This document shows, piece by piece, positions 1-6,348 of a stretch of DNA of 13,500 nt (the stretch's first letter is position 1; each line of letters opens with the position of its first letter). The position numbers and the translations under genes are program-made. Location of the stretch: assembly GCA_051117555.1 (NCBI GenBank), contig JBNPEG010000008.1, positions 1 through 13,500 of the forward strand, read 5' to 3'. Origin of the DNA: Elainellaceae cyanobacterium (GTDB taxonomy: Bacteria > Cyanobacteriota > Cyanobacteriia > CAZCXK01). Under the pieces are notes generated by a model that saw only the letters and a program-made list of their open reading frames with translations, ran no database searches and had not been told where the DNA came from.

Positions 1-126
1 GCAAGACATTGTGCTATTCCAAGTGCGTGAATATGCTGAAGCACTCTATCCGTTTGCTACTGCACTACCTCAGATTTGGGGAAGTGCCTGTCCCAGCATA
101 GATTCATACCCTTATTCAGCAACGCC
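1..126 (-). mobile_element. Probable end of an IS5-like element or MITE, extending left out of the window
   Basis: The minus strand reads TTAG|GGCGTTGCTGAATAAGGGTATGA. The GGC terminus and the adjacent CTAA (127-130) fit IS5-family ends and their YTAR targets. A 21/24-identical copy lies at 2046-2069. No transposase is visible, and the family assignment is from recall. Confidence 0.55.
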
Positions 127-143
127 CTAATTGTTAATGTCAT
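57..143 (-). pseudogene. 5' stub of a gene divergent from the LysR gene, apparently interrupted after about 5 codons
   Basis: ATG at 143 follows a purine-rich GAAGGGA, with in-frame ATGs at 155, 164 and 170. The frame reads MTLTI, enters the IS-like end and stops at 57-59. This is the usual position of a LysR target gene. Confidence 0.35.
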
Positions 144-227
144 GGTTGAATTCATTCCCTTCATTGCCATAGTTCCACCATAATTCGACTCACAAAGAAT
201 GTTAATATAGCTTGCGCGCTAAGCACC

Positions 228-244
228 TTTGCATTTTTTGCAAA
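228..244. promoter_or_regulatory. LysR-type T-N11-A recognition box
   Basis: Dyad TTTGCA-N5-TGCAAA containing T230-N11-A242, about 20 nt upstream of the LysR start and between divergent start codons. Confidence 0.65.
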
Positions 245-263
245 ACTGGAGGTTACGCAGGAA

Positions 264-1193
264 ATGGATCAACTCGCGGCAATGCGATCATTTGTCAAAG
301 TGGTTGAAACAGGTGGATTCTCGGAAGCCGCACGACAACTGAGCCTTGCGGTATCTTCGGTTACTCGGCAAGTCAATGCTCTCGAATCTCTGTTGAACAC
401 TCAGTTGCTCAATCGTTCTACTCGCAGTATCACTCTTACGCCACAGGGGTATAAATACTACGACAAGGTAGTACAGATTTTGCAAGATGTAGAAGAAGCC
501 AATCTCTGTGCCATGGAGCAGGGTGATATTCCTCGTGGGATTCTGCGAGTGAGTTTACCCGTTGCATTCGGACGACTCCATATCGCTCCGATTCTCGGTG
601 ATTTTCTGACTCAATATCCAGATATTCAGCTTGAGCTTCAGGTAAGCGATGGTTTAGCCAATCTAGTTGAGGAAGCGCTTGATGTCGTGATTCGTATTTG
701 CAACCTCGATCATTCCAATGCTTATCTGATCGTTCGCAAATTAGCTGCCTTTAATCGCTTAGTCTGCGGTAGTCCAGCATATTTTGAGCAATATGGGGAA
801 CCTATTCATCCAAATGAATTAGTTCAGCATAACTGTTTATTATTTGCACATTCTCAGGGCTATAAAAGTTGGCGATTCCAGAGAGGAACCGACGTTTACG
901 ACATACGTGTGCAGGGTTCCTTGGTAGCAAATAATTCGGAGATACTTCGCCAAGTATGTTTAGACGGTATTGGACTGATCTTTATGCCAACTTGGCTAAT
1001 TGGAGAAGATCTTCGAGCAGGACGGTTACAAACCGTATTGACTACCTTTCAAATCTATCCTCAAGACGAGATGGATAGGGGGATTTATGCACTTTATCTG
1101 CCCAATCGCAGACATTCCTTGAGAGTTAAAACATTTATTGACTTCCTCATCGAACGGTTTGGGAATCAGCCTATGGGGGAACCGTTTGAGTAG
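264..1193 (+). CDS. LysR-family transcriptional regulator (CrgA/DmlR-like)
   Basis: 309 aa. N-terminal LysR HTH (FVKVVETGGFSEAARQL...VTRQVNALE...LLNRSTRSITLT) and a CrgA-like effector domain (PRGILRVSLP, LVEEALDVVIR). GGAGG lies upstream. Confidence 0.95.
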   Translation: MDQLAAMRSFVKVVETGGFSEAARQLSLAVSSVTRQVNALESLLNTQLLNRSTRSITLTPQGYKYYDKVVQILQDVEEANLCAMEQGDIPRGILRVSLPVAFGRLHIAPILGDFLTQYPDIQLELQVSDGLANLVEEALDVVIRICNLDHSNAYLIVRKLAAFNRLVCGSPAYFEQYGEPIHPNELVQHNCLLFAHSQGYKSWRFQRGTDVYDIRVQGSLVANNSEILRQVCLDGIGLIFMPTWLIGEDLRAGRLQTVLTTFQIYPQDEMDRGIYALYLPNRRHSLRVKTFIDFLIERFGNQPMGEPFE

Positions 1194-1308
1194 GTTGCGT
1201 CAATGACGCACCTTCCTCTGTACATTGCATCAACACAGCAGGCAATACAATGGGCGATCGCACTTATAGATTGATATGCGGTGCGTTTGCTTCGCAACAC
1301 ACCCTTGC
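1190..1308. repeat. Inverted pair of REP-like hairpins (REPIN-like doublet)
   Basis: GTAGGTTGCGTCAATGACGCACC at 1190-1212 (+) and GCAAGGGTGTGTTGCGAAGCAAACGCACC at 1308-1280 (-). Both end in ACGCACC and are in opposite orientation, 67 nt apart. Confidence 0.6.
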
Positions 1309-1355
1309 ATGATTACTACTACTCGCGCGAAGGGGCGATCGCACGCTTCTGCCTT

Positions 1356-1383
1356 GTAAGGGCTTTGCATGCAAAGCCCCTAC
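1356..1383. repeat. 28-bp GTAG-type REP-like palindrome
   Basis: GTAAGGGCTTTGCATGCAAAGCCCCTAC is self-complementary except for one pair and starts GTAGGGGC on the minus strand. It lies between converging genes. Confidence 0.7.
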
Positions 1384-1400
1384 CCTGATATGGGCTACTA

Positions 1401-1685
1401 CTACTGCTCGTGCGATCGCCAGCGAATCAAATAACTCATCACGTCACCCTCCTCTGGTGTAATTACGATGACTGTTTCAGGCACTGTGATCAACTGACTC
1501 CATAACCCTTGCTCCACATAGTTGAGCACATGCAAACGGTTAATCGTGTGCCGCACTCCTGCACGAGACCCGAGCAGAATATGACGCAAGGGTTCTCGAC
1601 TGGGTTGACCCGATGGGGATGCTATCAATAGGGGCTCTGTCGCCTCACTGCGAGAGCGAGACGAGGATAGATACGGTACTAACAT
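1401..1685 (-). CDS. Small cyanobacterial hypothetical protein (94 aa)
   Basis: Start moved from 1781 to the ATG at 1685, which has GGAGG 8 nt upstream. A disordered S/P-rich N-terminus precedes REPLRHILLGS...TINRLHVLNYVEQGLWS...GDVMSYLIR, which I recall from an uncharacterised cyanobacterial family. Three tandem TAG stops follow. Confidence 0.75.
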   Translation of the reverse strand: MLVPYLSSSRSRSEATEPLLIASPSGQPSREPLRHILLGSRAGVRHTINRLHVLNYVEQGLWSQLITVPETVIVITPEEGDVMSYLIRWRSHEQ

Positions 1686-1773
1686 GAGGGATTCCTCCAA
1701 CGTAATGGGGTAAGAATCCCAAAAATTTAGCCACCCCAGACATGGTGCAGTGCGGGGTGGCCTCAGGTAACAT
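1645..1773 (-). CDS. Putative 42-aa upstream ORF overlapping the small-protein start
   Basis: GGAGG (1786-1782) lies 8 nt before ATG 1773. The frame reads MLPEATPHCTMSGVAKFLGFLPHYVGGIPHVSTVSILVSLSQ to TGA at 1647-1645, out of frame with the main ORF. Confidence 0.3.
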   Translation of the reverse strand: MLPEATPHCTMSGVAKFLGFLPHYVGGIPHVSTVSILVSLSQ

Positions 1774-1870
1774 AGGCACATCCTCCGCGACAGGCGTAAT
1801 CTGTCGTGGGGGTCAGGTATCGGGAGTTGTTTGCACCAACTCTCGGTACCGCCTGACTAAATTTTTGGGG
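1688..1870 (-). ncRNA. Multi-branch structured RNA element (5' leader or antisense RNA)
   Basis: Perfect 13-bp closing stem 1718-1730/1857-1869. Inner hairpins at 1730-1761, 1782-1812 and 1812-1857. An RBS-covering hairpin at 1688-1720. Complementary motifs at 1743-1749 and 1832-1838. Confidence 0.65.
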
Positions 1871-1905
1871 AAACCAAGCTGTTAGACAAACAGCTATAGC
1901 ATCCA

Positions 1906-1934
1906 ACGCTATCGGATTTGGGGATGCGAGTCAA
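1906..1934 (-). promoter_or_regulatory. Predicted sigma70-type promoter for the leader and small protein
   Basis: Minus strand TTGACT (1934-1929), 17-nt spacer, TAGCGT (1911-1906). Predicted transcription start near 1899. Confidence 0.5.
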
Positions 1935-1998
1935 GTCAAAACGGCTACCAAACCTCAGCAATATCTGGATACAACCCATTGATGGCGAACTGCCAATG

Positions 1999-2069
1999 TT
2001 ATTAATGCAACGCCCAATCTGATGGGAGTAACGGGTTTAGTGGGGTCATACTATTATTCAGCAGCGCCC
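1999..2069 (-). mobile_element. Two degenerate IS/MITE terminal-repeat relics
   Basis: TCATACTATTATTCAGCAGCGCCC (2046-2069) matches 104-127 at 21/24 positions. TTATTAATGCAACGCCC (1999-2015) shares the GCAACGCCC end. All three have the same orientation. Confidence 0.45.
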
Positions 2070-2272
2070 AAATAATGGATATACGCCTTTCAGGTATCTA
2101 AAATAACAGACCCATGATGACAACCTAATAAAGTTATCTTAATCAAACTGCGTTCTAATCCTAAACAGTGGAGAGCGACAATAGGCCGTCGGTGGTCAAT
2201 TCGATCGGCACTGATTCAATATGGGGGAGTCGTCCCTGTAGCAGTTTTATTAGACTTTCTGGAGGAGATTAC

Positions 2273-4789
2273 ATGGTTTCTACGACACCTAACACGATTC
2301 AGTTTGAAGACGATCGCACAGGGTTAAGTGTCGAAACCCTACGGCGTGCCATTGCGGATAATCTCTTCTATCTCCAAGGCAAGTTTCCAGGGATTGCGAC
2401 CCAAAACGACTATTACATGGCCTTGGCCTATACCGTGCGCGATCGCCTCCTACACCGATGGTTAAACACCACACGAATCTATCTCGAACAGAAAGTCCGT
2501 GTTGTGTGCTACCTATCTGCTGAGTTTCTAGTTGGCCCTCATACGGGCAAAAATCTAATCAACTTAGGCATCTATGACGAGGTAAAACAGGCCGTTGAAG
2601 AGTCTGGACTAGATCTCGATGAATTGCTGGAGCAAGAAGAAGAACCAGGTTTGGGCAACGGGGGGCTGGGTCGGTTAGCCGCTTGTTATTTAGATTCTCT
2701 CTCAACCCTTGAAATTCCAGCCGTTGGATACGGGATTCGCTACGAATTTGGCATCTTTGATCAAGAGATTCGAGACGGATGGCAGGTTGAAATTACGGAT
2801 AAGTGGTTAGCACCAGGAAACCCGTGGGAGATCGCTCGTCCTGAAGCCTCCGTGCAGGTCAAGTTTGGAGGACATACCGAATCATACACCGATCAGCAGG
2901 GCTGTTATCGAGTCAGATGGGTGCCTCATAGCCTTGTCAAAGGCGTTCCGTATGACACCCCCATCGTTGGCTATCAGGTCAATACTGCAAATACCTTACG
3001 CCTATGGAGAGCCGAGGCCCCTGAGTCATTTAACTTTCAGGCATTTAATGTAGGCAATTATTATGGTGCGGTTGACCAAAAGGTTGTGTCTGAAAACCTG
3101 ACAAAAGTTCTCTATCCCAATGATGAACCTATTCAAGGCAAGCAACTCCGTCTCCAGCAGCAGTACTTCTTTGTGTCATGTTCTCTGCAAGACATGATTC
3201 GTATTCATTTAGCGACGAATCAGTCGTTAGACACATTTCATGAAAAATTTGCGGTTCAACTCAATGACACCCATCCGTCTATTGGGGTTGCAGAACTGAT
3301 GCGGCTGCTGATTGATGACCATGGCATGGGCTGGGATCAAGCTTGGCATGTCACCCAAAATGCTTTTGCCTTTACCAATCATACTCTACTGCCTGAAGCG
3401 TTAGAAAAGTGGCAGATCGATCTATTTGGAAATCTTTTGCCTCGCCACTTAGAAATCATTTATGAGATCAACGAGCGATTTCTCAATCAGGTGCGGATTC
3501 GATTTGGAGGGGATGGTCGGCTCAGTGACCTATCACTGATTGATGAAGGGGGCGATCGCTACGTTCGCATGGCGCATCTTGCCTGTGTGGGCAGTCATAA
3601 GATTAACGGCGTCGCTGAACTTCATTCAGAATTGATTAAGCAAACTATTCTGCGTGACTTCTACGAGATTAGCCCTGAGAAATTTTGCAATGTTACTAAC
3701 GGTGTAACCCCTCGTCGATGGATACTATTGAGCAATCCTCAACTGGCCGATTTGATTAATCGAAAAATCGGAGGAAACTGGGTCAAACATCTAGAAGAAT
3801 TGCGACAGCTAGAAACATGGGTAGACGATCCTGACTTTCGATCGGAATGGAGACAGATTAAGCAGTCGGTTAAGCAGAATCTGACAGAGCGCATTCGCGA
3901 TCGCACGGGCGTTATTGTCAATCCCAACTCGCTATTTGATATTCAAGTCAAACGAATTCACGAATATAAGCGGCAGCATCTCAACGCTTTACACATTCTC
4001 ACCCTCTATCATCGCCTCAAACACAATCCTGACCTAGATATTGTGCCGCGTACGTTCATCTTTGGTGGCAAGGCAGCCCCCGGCTATTTCATGGCCAAGT
4101 TAGTCATTAAGCTGATTACCTCAGTCGGTGAGGTGATCAATCAAGATCCTGATGTGCGCGATCGCCTCAAGGTCGTATTCTTGCCAGACTATAACGTGAC
4201 CAATAGCCAACCGGTTTATCCGGCTGCCGATCTATCAGAACAAGTCTCAATGGCAGGCAAAGAAGCATCCGGAACGGGAAACATGAAGTTTTCCTTGAAC
4301 GGTGCATTGACGATTGGCACCCTCGATGGAGCAAACCTTGAAATTCGGGAAGAGGTCGGAGCTGAAAACTTTTTCTTATTTGGGCTGACGGCATCTGAAG
4401 TCAATGACGTTAAAGCAAAGGGGTATCATCCTTGGGAGTACTACCAGGCAAACGACCAACTGCGAGCTGTGATTGATTGGCTTGGGTCTGGATTGTTTTC
4501 TCGCGGCGATACCAGCCTGTTTCGCCCTCTAATTGACTCGTTGATGCATGACGACCCGTTCATGCTGTTTGCAGACTATCAGTCCTACATCGACTGCCAA
4601 GATCGGGTGAGTCAAGCCTATCGAGATCAAGACAACTGGACTCGCATGTCTATCTTGAATGCGGCTCGTACGGGTAGGTTTTCGAGCGATCGCGCAATTC
4701 GCGAATATTGCCAAACCATCTGGAATGTCAAGCCTGTGACGATTGAGCTTCGTGATTATGTTCAAGCAAATGCTGGCTTAAATGCATAG
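2273..4789 (+). CDS. glgP: Glycogen/starch/alpha-glucan phosphorylase (GT35)
   Basis: Motifs GLGNGGLGRLAAC, QLNDTHP, NGVTPRRW, QVKRIHEYKRQ and the PLP-lysine signature EASGTGNMKF. Start placed at ATG 2273 (838 aa) after GGAGGAG at 2261-2267. Confidence 0.97.
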   Translation: MVSTTPNTIQFEDDRTGLSVETLRRAIADNLFYLQGKFPGIATQNDYYMALAYTVRDRLLHRWLNTTRIYLEQKVRVVCYLSAEFLVGPHTGKNLINLGIYDEVKQAVEESGLDLDELLEQEEEPGLGNGGLGRLAACYLDSLSTLEIPAVGYGIRYEFGIFDQEIRDGWQVEITDKWLAPGNPWEIARPEASVQVKFGGHTESYTDQQGCYRVRWVPHSLVKGVPYDTPIVGYQVNTANTLRLWRAEAPESFNFQAFNVGNYYGAVDQKVVSENLTKVLYPNDEPIQGKQLRLQQQYFFVSCSLQDMIRIHLATNQSLDTFHEKFAVQLNDTHPSIGVAELMRLLIDDHGMGWDQAWHVTQNAFAFTNHTLLPEALEKWQIDLFGNLLPRHLEIIYEINERFLNQVRIRFGGDGRLSDLSLIDEGGDRYVRMAHLACVGSHKINGVAELHSELIKQTILRDFYEISPEKFCNVTNGVTPRRWILLSNPQLADLINRKIGGNWVKHLEELRQLETWVDDPDFRSEWRQIKQSVKQNLTERIRDRTGVIVNPNSLFDIQVKRIHEYKRQHLNALHILTLYHRLKHNPDLDIVPRTFIFGGKAAPGYFMAKLVIKLITSVGEVINQDPDVRDRLKVVFLPDYNVTNSQPVYPAADLSEQVSMAGKEASGTGNMKFSLNGALTIGTLDGANLEIREEVGAENFFLFGLTASEVNDVKAKGYHPWEYYQANDQLRAVIDWLGSGLFSRGDTSLFRPLIDSLMHDDPFMLFADYQSYIDCQDRVSQAYRDQDNWTRMSILNAARTGRFSSDRAIREYCQTIWNVKPVTIELRDYVQANAGLNA

Positions 4790-4914
4790 AGTCAAACTCC
4801 GTTAAGCGGCTATCAAACCCGCATTCTCATGTCTCACCAGCAAAACTTTTATCGGGCGATTCAATAACGCGTAGACAGGGATCAAGCATGAGGCTTAGAT
4901 ACAGGGTGCTATAT

Positions 4915-4964
4915 CCAGATTCGTGCCAGATTCGTGCCAGATTCGTGCCAGATTCGTGCCAGAT
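4915..4964. repeat. 11-bp tandem repeat, 4.5 copies
   Basis: (CCAGATTCGTG)x4 plus CCAGAT, all perfect copies, between converging glgP and the desulfurase gene. Confidence 0.95.
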
Positions 4965-4987
4965 GGCGATATTTTTCGAGAATCGGC

Positions 4988-6154
4988 TTAAACGGGAGAA
5001 AGCACTCGTTCAGACATGAGTCGCCCCAAAATTTGCTTGAGCACCATCGCTGTCCAGTCGATGTCTGCCTGCGTGGTAAACCGTCCTACTGTTAGACGAA
5101 TGCCACATTTGGCAGCTCGCGAGTCGCAGCCCATCGCCGTCAGAATTGGACTGGGTAACAGTTTGCCACTGTGGCATGCTGATCCAGCGCTAATGCCTAT
5201 CCCTGCCAAATTCATATGACGAACTAACGTTTTACCGCTGAGATGTTCACCATCGCCGCTTTTGAGATAAAAGCTGACATGGTGAGGCAACCGATGCAGG
5301 CGATCGCCCGTCGGGATTAAGTCAGATACATCGGCAAGCTGATCAAACAGGCGATCGCGCAGTTGCATGAGCCGAAGCGATTCATCTGCCATCTCCTGCT
5401 GAGCTAGACTCGCCGCCAGGCCAAAGCCTGCGATTATCGGTACAGCCTGCGTTCCGGAGCGAATTTTGAATTCTTGCCCACCGCCCCCCAGAAGCGGCAT
5501 CAGGTCAACCCCCGGACGAACATATAACGCTCCTGCGCCTTGCGGACCATAGAGCTTATGGCTTGACATTGACACCAGATCGACGGGCAATCTCTGCACA
5601 TCGATGGGTAAGCGCCCTACCACTTGAACTGCATCGGTATGGAATACGATTTCATGGCGACGGGCAATTTGTCCGAGGGCTTCAATGGGTTGAAGTGTGC
5701 CCACTTCACTTTGCCCATAGATAAGCGAGATCAACACCGTATCCGAGCAAATAGCGGCCTCCAGATCCAGCGGATTGATGCGTCCTTGGGAATTGACGGG
5801 AAGGCGTGTCACCCGCCAACCGCGCTGCTCCAAAAAGTAAGCGGGTTCTGCGACGGCAGAATGCTCGATGCTAGAAATAATCAGATGCTGAGGCGTGGCA
5901 TAACGTTGAGCGACACCCATGACGGCTAGATTGTCAGACTCTGTGCCGCCCGATGTAAAGACAATCGACTCTGGCACTGCGTTCAACAAGTCGGCAACCT
6001 GAAGGCGCGATCGCTCAACGACCGTTGCCGAGCGTGCTCCCCACTGATGCAGGCTAGAAGGATTTCCCCACTGCTCTGTCATGATCTCGTGCATCAGGGC
6101 GATCGCCTCGGGTCGAGTCGGCGTTGTTGCACTATAGTCCAGATAAATTTGCAT
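4988..6154 (-). CDS. iscS: Cysteine desulfurase, IscS/NifS group I (PLP-dependent)
   Basis: Motifs IYLDYSATTP, GNPSSLH, FTSGGTESDN, HTDAVQ, PLP-lysine SSHKLYGPQG, RSGT and the catalytic SAGSAC. No isc, nif or suf neighbours, so the symbol is family-level only. Confidence 0.93.
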   Translation of the reverse strand: MQIYLDYSATTPTRPEAIALMHEIMTEQWGNPSSLHQWGARSATVVERSRLQVADLLNAVPESIVFTSGGTESDNLAVMGVAQRYATPQHLIISSIEHSAVAEPAYFLEQRGWRVTRLPVNSQGRINPLDLEAAICSDTVLISLIYGQSEVGTLQPIEALGQIARRHEIVFHTDAVQVVGRLPIDVQRLPVDLVSMSSHKLYGPQGAGALYVRPGVDLMPLLGGGGQEFKIRSGTQAVPIIAGFGLAASLAQQEMADESLRLMQLRDRLFDQLADVSDLIPTGDRLHRLPHHVSFYLKSGDGEHLSGKTLVRHMNLAGIGISAGSACHSGKLLPSPILTAMGCDSRAAKCGIRLTVGRFTTQADIDWTAMVLKQILGRLMSERVLSPV

Positions 6155-6348
6155 AAGAGATAATTCAGCTAGCCTCTCTTTTCAGCATATAGTGCCAATT
6201 GCCGATGCAACCATCAAACTGTTCGACTCTTTTAGATTCTAATCTGCGATTCATGTGCCGCATGAGAGCTCTCTCCCCTGATTGAAGGATGTTGAATACT
6301 TCTGTTTTGAATTAGTTTGAGAAGTCCGGCCATTTCTACTATCAGGCT

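Noticed and set aside
264..1193. Absence of HIP1 in the LysR gene as evidence of horizontal transfer
   Set aside because: Only one or two copies are expected in 930 bp, and other genes here also lack it.
1686..1781. 32-aa N-terminal extension of the small protein in the ORF track
   Set aside because: ATG 1781 directly abuts the GGAGG with no spacing and the extension runs through the structured leader. ATG 1685 has a well-spaced SD.
2094..2107. Possible NtcA box upstream of glgP (GTATCTAAAATAAC)
   Set aside because: It is GTA-N8-AAC rather than GTA-N8-TAC, so too weak to call.
2168..2272. 35-aa GTG-started extension of GlgP
   Set aside because: A strong GGAGGAG precedes ATG 2273 and the extension does not resemble phosphorylase sequence.
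4915..4964. Tandem arrays (also 9663-9713) as CRISPR arrays
   Set aside because: The units are 11-14 bp, directly adjacent, with no spacers and no cas genes.
4988..6154. Desulfurase as DndA of a phosphorothioation system or as nif-cluster NifS
   Set aside because: No dnd, ssp or nif genes are nearby, and stand-alone IscS-like genes are common in cyanobacteria.
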